DNA of 64,000 nt from an uncultured Poribacteria bacterium (lineage in GTDB: Bacteria > Poribacteria > WGA-4E > WGA-3G). Positions 56,050-64,000 of the stretch are shown here, in pieces. Positions within the stretch are counted from its first letter, which is position 1. Every line of letters begins with the position of its first letter. Location of the stretch: the NCBI GenBank assembly GCA_958296135.2, contig CATQHZ020000001.1, positions 1,952,001 through 2,016,000 of the forward strand, given 5' to 3'. The translations under genes were made by a program, and so were the position numbers. The notes beneath the pieces were generated by a model. It ran no database searches. It saw only the letters and a list, made by a program, of their open reading frames with translations, and was not told where the DNA came from.

Positions 56050-56493
56050 ATGAACAATTTGCGTCATACTGCAAACCCCCTTCCAATTGAGGCGGGAGAA
56101 AAGGCTACCGAGAGCAGCGTGCCGCATGCAGCTAAAAATGGCTTAGAGATGATTGATAACAATCCGAAGGTCGATATTCAACTTCTCACGGCATACTACC
56201 GTACGAAGTTGAAATATGAACGCCTGCGCGCCGCAGGATTTGTCCGCAACACACAAGGCGCGAACTATCGGTTATCGCATCCACTTGCAGATAGGGATAT
56301 GCCCACGGATGCAATGCATCGCAGCGAGCCCCCGAATGAGGAGGAACGTGGCGCGCAAGAATACCCGCGTTATCGGTTATCGCATCCACTTGCAGACAGA
56401 GATATGCCCACGGATGCAATGCATCGTAGCGAGTCCCCCAACGAAGATGCCGAGAAGTCACAAACGCCAGTACGGCGCGGTTATCGCCGCTGA
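56050..56493 (+). CDS. small hypothetical protein with internal duplication
   Basis: GGAG RBS; YRLSHPLADRDMPTDAMHRSE twice (105-bp period). Confidence 0.65.
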   Translation: MNNLRHTANPLPIEAGEKATESSVPHAAKNGLEMIDNNPKVDIQLLTAYYRTKLKYERLRAAGFVRNTQGANYRLSHPLADRDMPTDAMHRSEPPNEEERGAQEYPRYRLSHPLADRDMPTDAMHRSESPNEDAEKSQTPVRRGYRR

Positions 56494-56597
56494 ATTCACC
56501 CACACCGTCGGCGCGCGCTCCAGAGCGTGCTACCGCGGCTGAGCGACGTTACGAGAAAACGCTGAGCATCCTCACCGGGCGGTTATTACCGCTAAGT

Positions 56598-56628
56598 AAA
56601 AAGGCGCGCCGCCCGGGCGCGCTTTTTT
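56598..56628. terminator. bidirectional intrinsic terminator
   Basis: aaaaag-gcgcgcc-loop-ggcgcgc-tttttt between convergent genes. Confidence 0.75.
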
Positions 56629-57543
56629 CTATGTCAATGCGTAATCATCAGGATTATTCTTCCGCCAATTCGGAAGATAACCCTCCGTATGCCCAAACCC
56701 GTAAGAAGGCCCGATCTGATTCTGGCTGGACCAGGGCCACGCCTGCCCACCGATAAGACGAAATTCATCACCCTTGCCGCAAAGCCAATAGAATATATGC
56801 GCCACATATCTCGCAACACCGTGCCCGCCATACGCCGCCGTCCGGAAGTCAAAATTCGGTTCTTGCACCCAATCCCGCGTCGGCGACACCGTGCGCCAAT
56901 AACTATATTTCAGCATGTGGCGCAACCCTTTTGCCGTTGATTCACCCCGGCGATGGAGAATACTCTGCGAATGGATAACGAATGAACCCGCTGGGCCTTC
57001 GCTCGAAACGCCTCGCTCGGCGATATCTCTGCTCGTTGAGTGGATATGCGAACCGGGCAGAAGTTCTGTCGGCCCGAGTTCCATAGGCGTATCTTGCGGG
57101 AAGTAAAAAACCTCAAGGAAATGGGTCTCGGGGCCAAAAACGTGGTCTGCATCGTGATGCCACCCTTGCGCCGGGGCTGGACACTCCACCCGATGGTTGC
57201 TCACCAGTACCGGTAACCCCACATTCTTCCCGAGCAAGGAACGCAACGCGCCAGAGAGCTGCGGATTGAGGAGGACATGCTCAAGATACCAGTCTTCCAG
57301 CAGGATGGAGCTCGGTTCATGCGTATCCCGAATTCGCTCAAGCACTGCGAGTGTCATGCCATTGGGAAGGTAACTCGGATTTATCGGCAGCTCGCCGTTT
57401 AGGTAATCGCAGGTGCGTTGATTAATCTCGTCAGGGACGACACCTTGGAGTTGCAGGTAGCCGTCTCTGCAAAATTGGAGCACCTGGGAATCGGTAAGCG
57501 TTGGTTCACAATCGTAAGTTCGGTTGATGGAATCGTATCTCAT
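56629..57543 (-). CDS. PhyH-family dioxygenase
   Basis: FCRDGYL, WHHD, YFPQDT..GPT..PGSH, ILHRR. Confidence 0.85.
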   Translation of the reverse strand: MRYDSINRTYDCEPTLTDSQVLQFCRDGYLQLQGVVPDEINQRTCDYLNGELPINPSYLPNGMTLAVLERIRDTHEPSSILLEDWYLEHVLLNPQLSGALRSLLGKNVGLPVLVSNHRVECPAPAQGWHHDADHVFGPETHFLEVFYFPQDTPMELGPTELLPGSHIHSTSRDIAERGVSSEGPAGSFVIHSQSILHRRGESTAKGLRHMLKYSYWRTVSPTRDWVQEPNFDFRTAAYGGHGVARYVAHIFYWLCGKGDEFRLIGGQAWPWSSQNQIGPSYGFGHTEGYLPNWRKNNPDDYALT

Positions 57544-57562
57544 TTTGGTTTCCTAGTGAAGT

Positions 57563-58705
57563 TTAGAACGTCCAGTTTTCCAGTTCAGGCAAATCTTCTA
57601 CCTTGACATCCAGATGTTCCGCAAGTTGTTCAATCGAACATTGCCCTTGACGATACTTACTGAACGCGAGCTCCAGAAATCTGTAACCCAGATACGCTGC
57701 GCGAGTATTGTAGTAGCTGCCCCCACCAGAAGTTTTGGTACCGGGCTCTTTTTCTTTGCGACGTTCGTATGCCGCAGCCCACTCCTCTGTCCTCTGAACA
57801 TAATCGTCTTGGGCGAGGATGCCGCTGTTAACCAATTTCAGCAAGATGACAGGGCGGCTAACCTTGTATCGATTTGCCAAGGTTTCTATTGCATCGTCAT
57901 TGTAAATAGGAAAAGTGAGGCGGGTATCTAAGTCAAGGGATGGAACGAGAAATTCAGCGGCAAATTGGTTGCAAAAATCCTCAATGTCACCACCGCGGCT
58001 GAAATCTCCGCGTGTGATACCGTTCTCGCCGAGGAGGAGGTGTGCTAATTCATGAAAGAGCGAGAAAATCTGGCGGACAGCAGGTCTACTATTATTGAGG
58101 TAGATGACAGGAAATTCCTCATGGGCAAGGCAAAACCCATCAACGGAGTCGTCTTGGAACGACTCCTTAAACACGAAGGTGCCTTTCTCCTCGATGATGT
58201 CGCGCCAATTTTCGAGTGCCACCTTCGTGTTGCGCCATTCTAACTGCGTCTCAACGCTTACGTCCAGATATGCACGAGTTTTTCGCGCGAGCTCTGATGC
58301 TACGTCATCGGGCTGCGCTTGAAGCGCGCGAAAGATTTTCTTTCGCACCGGATTCACGCCGAGGTTCAATTCCATCAGTGAAATTTGCCGAGCGTAAGCC
58401 TGACGCAACAGAATATGCATCCGCGCGGAAAGCGGCGGAGTATCAGAACTCCGCATCGCAAGATTCCCCGCAATATCGGGTTCTTCGGGAGGTTCCGGAA
58501 AGAAAAAAATCGCGACCGGTCGCCGGTATTTATCCGCCAACTTTTCGAGTTGAACGTAAGTCGGCGCGCTGCCCCCGGACTCCCAATCAGAGAGAGTTGC
58601 GACACCTTTCTTGATAACTGCCGCGGCCTCTTCTAGGCTATATCCTGAGCGTTCTCGCGCCCATTTGATGATGGCGGGATTCATCCCCGGAATATATTCA
58701 GCCAT
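57563..58705 (-). CDS. XRE-HTH + ImmA/IrrE-family metallopeptidase
   Basis: WARERSG...WESG...PT..QL HTH; FSLFHELAH; NQFAAEFLVP. Confidence 0.9.
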   Translation of the reverse strand: MAEYIPGMNPAIIKWARERSGYSLEEAAAVIKKGVATLSDWESGGSAPTYVQLEKLADKYRRPVAIFFFPEPPEEPDIAGNLAMRSSDTPPLSARMHILLRQAYARQISLMELNLGVNPVRKKIFRALQAQPDDVASELARKTRAYLDVSVETQLEWRNTKVALENWRDIIEEKGTFVFKESFQDDSVDGFCLAHEEFPVIYLNNSRPAVRQIFSLFHELAHLLLGENGITRGDFSRGGDIEDFCNQFAAEFLVPSLDLDTRLTFPIYNDDAIETLANRYKVSRPVILLKLVNSGILAQDDYVQRTEEWAAAYERRKEKEPGTKTSGGGSYYNTRAAYLGYRFLELAFSKYRQGQCSIEQLAEHLDVKVEDLPELENWTF

Positions 58706-58748
58706 GATGAACCTTCAGGTTAAACCGGTAAATCCGCTATTCAGAAAC

Positions 58749-59558
58749 TCATCTCAACGTCACAACATCACGTTTGACGAGCTCCTTCTCTTCCCAATAG
58801 GCACCATGCGCAGCCAATGCCTGCGTCTCAGGCGAGAGACGTTCCATAACTTCCGATGGAAACGGTTCGCGGATACCGCGGTCATCCTGAAAATAGTGCG
58901 GCTTATACCGCAAGATAAGGAATCGCCGGTCTCGCTCTGTCGGTTTCCACACCAAAACACCGTGCGTCAACATCTCCGTAATAATCACCGCATCGCCTGC
59001 CTTCGGAGTCACGTTGACAAGCGCGGGATGGAGCTCGGTATCTGTGTCATCCGGGTTTGGGAAAAACAACTTTTCAGGCCGTTCAAACCTGCTTTTGTGC
59101 GAACCCGGCAAGACTACCAACCCACCGTCGCCCGGATAGACATCCGTAAAATAGAAGAAAACGACAATGTCGTTCGTATAGATTTCTCCATTTTTGACAG
59201 CATAACGGCGCGTCCAACGGAAGTCCTCGCGGGCGCAATGAAGCGGTGTTATCTTACGATTCTCATGCGTATTGACGACGAGCGAACCGCGATTGAAACG
59301 CGGTTTGTTCCCTGTCAACTCCTTGATAATCGGCCAAGTTCTCGGATGCAGCGTCAACGCTTCAAGCGATTTATCAGCGGAGAACCCGTTGGAAAAGCCT
59401 TCGCCGCCGCGTTGAATGCCGGGCGGTAACGTATCGGGCGGCGCCTGCACAAGCTGCGCAATCGCCGTTTGCGCGTCGCTCAATTCCTGCGCCGACAAGA
59501 CGTTCTCTAAATGCAGATAGCCGCGCAAGTCAAAAAGATAGCGTTCTCTCGGTGTCAT
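58749..59558 (-). CDS. PhyH-family dioxygenase
   Basis: RYLFDLRGYL, GDGGLVVLPGSHK, KAGDAVIITEMLTHG. Confidence 0.85.
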   Translation of the reverse strand: MTPRERYLFDLRGYLHLENVLSAQELSDAQTAIAQLVQAPPDTLPPGIQRGGEGFSNGFSADKSLEALTLHPRTWPIIKELTGNKPRFNRGSLVVNTHENRKITPLHCAREDFRWTRRYAVKNGEIYTNDIVVFFYFTDVYPGDGGLVVLPGSHKSRFERPEKLFFPNPDDTDTELHPALVNVTPKAGDAVIITEMLTHGVLVWKPTERDRRFLILRYKPHYFQDDRGIREPFPSEVMERLSPETQALAAHGAYWEEKELVKRDVVTLR

Positions 59559-60955
59559 TCGTCATCTCCCAGTTCGTCTCGTAGCCGTTGCAGTTCCTGT
59601 TTCAGTTCGGCGACAACGTCAACGTAAGCCGCATCGGCGTAAACGTTGTTCATTTCGTGCGGATCCTTCTCCAGATCGAACAATTCCCATTCTGGCGGCG
59701 TTTCCTTGTTGATTGCGCCTGCCGAGCCGAGTGCCTGCCCGTAGTAATAGATAAGTTTGTAGCGTTCCGTGCGCACGCCGTAATGCGCCGGAATGTTGAA
59801 ATGCGCGAGGTGCATCCAATATCGGTAATACATCGATGTGCGCCACGCTGCCGGCACCTCGCCTCGCAACGAAGCGCGGAGACTTTCTCCCTGCATATCG
59901 GCAGGGATTGACACGCCCGCGTAATCCAGCAGTGTCGGTGCGAAATCGACATTCAGCGTGATTTGCTCGTTCACGCCAGCCGCCGGAATTTCGCGTGGAT
60001 ATCGGACGAGCAACGGAATGCGAATCGATTCTTCATACATGAACCGTTTATCGTACCAACCGTGGTCGCCCAAAAAGAAGCCGTGGTCCGCCGAATAAAT
60101 GACGAGCGTATTTTTCGCGATGTCCTCGTCGTCAAGATAGTCAAGCAGCCGCCCGACGTTCTCGTCGATTGCGTGCGCGCAGCGGAGGTAATTCTGCATG
60201 TAGCACTGATAGTTCCACCGCTTCAACTCATCTCCCGTAAGATGCGCAGACACAGGCTCCGGCAGATGATTTTTTAGGTGCATCGCGTCCACCTTCGCCG
60301 TGCTCATTGCAGCGGCGGCAGCCCGATTTTGATAGGTATCATCAAAAGTGAGCGGCTCCGGGATTGGCTCGGTATAGAGATGCCGGTGCTTCGGACTCGG
60401 AAAAAACGGGTCATGCGTCGCCTTGTAAGTTGCCATAAGGAAAAACGGCGCATCATCCGCTCGGCGTTGCAACCACGCCAGAGAGCAATCAGTTACGATG
60501 TCCGCTGAATATCCCTTGAACGTTTTCCGCTGTCCCATCTCAATCATCTCTGGCTCAATATGTTTGCCTTGGACAGGGAACACGTTCCAATAATCAAACC
60601 CGCCCGGGTCGCTGTTACCACCGTGTCCGAGGTGCCACTTTCCGACAATCGCTGTCTGATATCCACGGTGATTCAGCAGCTGCGCGACCGTCTGTTCTTT
60701 ACCGTGGTCGAGCGTGTCACCGAGGGTTTTGATGCCAGTCTTATGACTGTATTTGCCCGTCATGATGGAGCCTCGCGCCGGCGTGCAGATGGCGTTGGTG
60801 CAAAAGCAGTTGTTGAACCGCATGCCTTCGTTGCCGATTCTGTCGATATTCGGCGTGCTGTTTATCTGGCTGCCGTAGCAACTGATCGCCGGTGCGGCGT
60901 GATCATCGGAGACAATCAGGAGGATGTTCGGGCTGTTTGGACTGCTCATGTGCAT
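59555..60955 (-). CDS. sulfatase
   Basis: PNILLIVSDD, CTPARGSIMTG (CxPxR), GKWHL, YSADHG, ELFDL--DP-E--N. Confidence 0.95.
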   Translation of the reverse strand: MHMSSPNSPNILLIVSDDHAAPAISCYGSQINSTPNIDRIGNEGMRFNNCFCTNAICTPARGSIMTGKYSHKTGIKTLGDTLDHGKEQTVAQLLNHRGYQTAIVGKWHLGHGGNSDPGGFDYWNVFPVQGKHIEPEMIEMGQRKTFKGYSADIVTDCSLAWLQRRADDAPFFLMATYKATHDPFFPSPKHRHLYTEPIPEPLTFDDTYQNRAAAAAMSTAKVDAMHLKNHLPEPVSAHLTGDELKRWNYQCYMQNYLRCAHAIDENVGRLLDYLDDEDIAKNTLVIYSADHGFFLGDHGWYDKRFMYEESIRIPLLVRYPREIPAAGVNEQITLNVDFAPTLLDYAGVSIPADMQGESLRASLRGEVPAAWRTSMYYRYWMHLAHFNIPAHYGVRTERYKLIYYYGQALGSAGAINKETPPEWELFDLEKDPHEMNNVYADAAYVDVVAELKQELQRLRDELGDDE

Positions 60956-61108
60956 GTGTTACTTAGTTCAGGACAGACGTAGAACGTTCGGTAGGCGCGG
61001 TTTGAAACCACACAATGTGAAACCTGCGCGCTTACAAAGCATGCCTACCGGGAATTCGGGACTGTAGGCGTGCCCGTGACGGCCCTTGCCCTACTAGCCG
61101 CGAACGGT

Positions 61109-62134
61109 TTACTCCCAGGGCTTGAGAATAATCTTGGAGCTCTCGTGAGAAGCCGAAGTCTCGAATGCCTTCTGAATCTCGCTCATCGGGAAAATGTTGC
61201 TGATAAGCAGATTGAGCAGCGGCGAACCTTCGATTACCCGCATCAAACCGGGGAAGTGGTTGAGTTTATAGTGCCACGCTCCGACGAGATGCAACCCCTT
61301 GCCGATGAGATCTGGACTGACGTGGATGACGGTGTCGTTCCTACCGCTCTGCCCGACGAACGCGATTCTGCCCCGGCGGCGTGTTGCGTCAATACAAAGC
61401 CGATGCGCTTTGACGTTCCCTGAACAGTCAATCGCGAAATCGACACCGCGCCCATCCGTTGTGAGTTCGCGAATCTGGGAGACAGCGTCTTCATCGGCCG
61501 GGTTGATGACAGCCTCGACGCCCATCTGTTTTGCGTGTTCAACGCGCCACGGAATCAACTCCGCCGCGATGACTTTCGCGCCCCGAAACCGCGCGTTTGT
61601 AATCGCACCGAAACCGACGGGGCCGATGCCAGTGACGAGGACGGTGTGCGTTGCATTCAGCCCCATCTCATCAAACGCCCGGTAAGAGGGCCCTAGCGCG
61701 CAACACGCGAGAGATGCATGTTCATAAGAGACATGCTCAGGAATCTTCGGGAGCAGCCACGACGGTTTGACGATGTACTGCGCCATTGTTGCGCGGCCGT
61801 GCGGGGAGCCCGTGAATTCCTCGAAATTGTAACTGTTCTCGCAGTGGATGTAATCGCCATCGGTGCAAAGGACGCATTTCCCGCACGGGTACTGCGGCAT
61901 CACCACAACCCGGTCGCCGACTTCCACTTTGCCGGGCTGTGCGATGTCAACGACTTCGCCGGCCGCCTCGTGGCCGAGGGAATTGGTTTTGTGCCCATGT
62001 TCAAAGGCGTGGTATTCGTTGCACATCGGGGCGGCGTGAATTTTCACGACTACCCAATCTTCTTTCGGTGTCGGATCCGGCACTTCAACGAGGCCGGCTT
62101 GGCATTCGCCTAAAATTGCTGCTTGTTTCATCAT
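61109..62134 (-). CDS. zinc-dependent alcohol/sugar dehydrogenase
   Basis: GHEAAG, CGKCVLC...C, GIGPVG. Confidence 0.9.
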   Translation of the reverse strand: MMKQAAILGECQAGLVEVPDPTPKEDWVVVKIHAAPMCNEYHAFEHGHKTNSLGHEAAGEVVDIAQPGKVEVGDRVVVMPQYPCGKCVLCTDGDYIHCENSYNFEEFTGSPHGRATMAQYIVKPSWLLPKIPEHVSYEHASLACCALGPSYRAFDEMGLNATHTVLVTGIGPVGFGAITNARFRGAKVIAAELIPWRVEHAKQMGVEAVINPADEDAVSQIRELTTDGRGVDFAIDCSGNVKAHRLCIDATRRRGRIAFVGQSGRNDTVIHVSPDLIGKGLHLVGAWHYKLNHFPGLMRVIEGSPLLNLLISNIFPMSEIQKAFETSASHESSKIILKPWE

Positions 62135-62141
62135 TTCTCCT

Positions 62142-62363
62142 CTATTCTGATCCCCAGCCTATTTCTGGCATTGGAGGAATCGATTTTTCTAGGTGACAGG
62201 TTAACGCGACGAGACAGTCGCTGAGCATGTTCTCAACGTCCTGCCGCGTGTTATCCCGCAACGGGCCCGAAAGAGCTGCGCGGCAAAGGTTTACGGCACG
62301 GCCCAGCTGCCCTGCCTTTTGGTAACACGACGCGGCACTAATACGATGGACAGCACCTTCCAA
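62142..62363 (-). pseudogene. probable 3' gene fragment (TPR-like helical)
   Basis: 73-aa ORF starting at TTG with no RBS; HRISAASCYQKAG helical pattern. Confidence 0.3.
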
Positions 62364-62622
62364 GCGGAAAAACTACAGACGACAATATATGCGTCCAGAT
62401 TATATGGGTTTTCTAATGCTTGAGTTACCTTTTCCCGATGTCGCCGGGCGAGCTCCGATGAATGTAAACATAATTAGTACGTAGCAGATTTCCTGCGTGT
62501 GCACCCAAAATTATGCCACAATTCTGTCTATAAATCAAGAAAAATTGTGAATCGCTAAATGTTTAGTTTTTCGCCGTATCGCAGGACCGCGTTTTGTGAT
62601 TGTCAATAGCAAACTACGTGTC

Positions 62623-64000
62623 CTACCGTTCCCGCTCAGACACCAGCAAATCGAACGAATTGCTCTGCCATCCACCTTCCATGACAATATTATCCCGTGT
62701 TTCACGCAGGCGATTCACCATCCGCGCCTTCATGCGGCGGAGGACGTGCTTGTAACCGAGGTGCATCGCGAGGTTGTGTAACTCACCCGGGTCGCTCTGC
62801 ATATCGTAGAGTTCGTCCTCGCTATACGGATTGTAGACGTATTTCCAAGAACGCGTGCGCACCATCCTGACAGAGGCAAGCGTTGGCTCATAGCCGTGGA
62901 ATTCGGCGAATACATCATCAGGCCAGTCTGGCACCGTTTCGCCTTTCAGGAGCGGCACAATCGAGCTGCCGTCCAAATTATTAGGTATCTTCGCGCCGCC
63001 GATATCCAAAAACGTCGGCATCAAATCAACAAGATTCACAAATTCGTCACACGTCGTTCCCGGTGATGTCGCGCCCGGCCATCGAACGACAAGCGGAATG
63101 TGGTGCGTCTCCTCATACATGTGGAACCCTTTGTTGAAAAGGCGATGGCTGCCGAGCATATCACCGTGGTCGGTCGAAAAGATGACGATAGTATTTTCGG
63201 CCAAACCGTTCTCTTCAAGGCAGTTGAGAATGCGCCGGACCTGGGCATCGATGAAAGTGCAGAAGCCCCAATAGCAAGCGATGACTTTCTGCCAATCGGG
63301 CCAGGTGAGGTGGCTGGTGTTCCAGCGGAGCATCTCCTTTTGCTGGATGGACGGCTTGTTGATGAATTGCTCGTCAAAGTTACCCCAGCGTTCAACGTCA
63401 GCCGGATTATACATCGTATCGTACGGCGCAGGCACGGCGTAAGGGAAATGCGGTCCGAAAAAATTCGCGGCGAGCATAAAGGGTTGCGCGGAATTCGTAT
63501 ATCCATCGATTAACTCGATGGTTTTATCGGCTGTCCATGCCTCCATCGTGCGTTCTGCGGGGAGCGTCAGTCTGCCGTAAAACGGTGCCTCACCTCCCCA
63601 TTCAAGCGGCTGGACAGCGTCTCTGTCAATACGGAAGTCAATCCCTGCATCGCGGAGCCACTGGTGCCACTCACGATAGGGGTGCCATTTGTCGTAACCC
63701 CAGAATTCGGTGTCGCCTTCCTTGGCGAGGTGCCATTTACCGACGCAACCCACCTGATAACCGGCTTCCTTCAGCAGTTGCGGGTACGCCGGTTTGTCAA
63801 GGATCTGGTTTGCGAAAACGCCGTTGAAATTGCCCATGTTGGACAACTGCCCGTGGTTATGAGGGTAGAGTCCGGTGAGTAATGAACCGCGCGCCGGCGA
63901 GCAGAGCGCGAGGGGAGTATAGGCATTCGTAAACCGCATCCCCTGCGCGGCGATTTCGTCAACGGCGGGTGTTCTGCAAACTGGCGCGCCGTTGCAACTT
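62623..64000 (-). CDS. sulfatase, 5'-truncated by window edge
   Basis: ALCSPARGSLLTG, GKWHL, STDHGD, ELYD--SDP-E--N; frame continues to window end. Confidence 0.9.
   Translation of the reverse strand, partial: SCNGAPVCRTPAVDEIAAQGMRFTNAYTPLALCSPARGSLLTGLYPHNHGQLSNMGNFNGVFANQILDKPAYPQLLKEAGYQVGCVGKWHLAKEGDTEFWGYDKWHPYREWHQWLRDAGIDFRIDRDAVQPLEWGGEAPFYGRLTLPAERTMEAWTADKTIELIDGYTNSAQPFMLAANFFGPHFPYAVPAPYDTMYNPADVERWGNFDEQFINKPSIQQKEMLRWNTSHLTWPDWQKVIACYWGFCTFIDAQVRRILNCLEENGLAENTIVIFSTDHGDMLGSHRLFNKGFHMYEETHHIPLVVRWPGATSPGTTCDEFVNLVDLMPTFLDIGGAKIPNNLDGSSIVPLLKGETVPDWPDDVFAEFHGYEPTLASVRMVRTRSWKYVYNPYSEDELYDMQSDPGELHNLAMHLGYKHVLRRMKARMVNRLRETRDNIVMEGGWQSNSFDLLVSERER

Noticed and set aside
58611-59429. 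272-aa plus-strand ORF
   Set aside because: Antisense shadow of the PhyH gene.

Overview
Bacterial chromosomal window whose gene content points to a Candidatus Poribacteria-like (sponge-symbiont-type) genome; this taxonomic call is inference. The markers are a giant LRR/dockerin-like protein, a run of LamG proteins, four PhyH dioxygenases, two DUF6785-type membrane proteins, two Uma2 nucleases and two sulfatases. Left end (1-8033): a defence-like island with a TIR (DUF1863/ThsB-like) gene, a RipA-like membrane protein, an HNH protein, two unknowns, a DUF1156 methylase and a DUF499 ATPase. Next come glycosyltransferases, pyrK-bioB, tRNA-fMet and tRNA-Leu, and a ~2040-aa secreted LRR metalloprotease. 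Then an NtrC-type regulator, a cluster of secreted proteins sharing a C-terminal 'V-x-x-x-x-K-L-x-x-x-W-G-x-L-K' tail, a type III-like R-M locus interrupted by cargo genes, an SDH/ClpP-like protease with a small partner, and PhyH/sulfatase genes. Most notable signals: (i) 66-bp LRR units with a near-invariant DNA framework but hypervariable ligand-facing codons; (ii) a putative protein-sorting tail on five otherwise dissimilar secreted proteins; (iii) GTAG REP-like palindromes inserted in frame into genes; (iv) two PhyH proteins with halogenase-like H-x-G/H-x-A metal motifs. No CRISPR array, integrase, transposase or reverse transcriptase was seen. All family calls are from motif recognition, not database searches.
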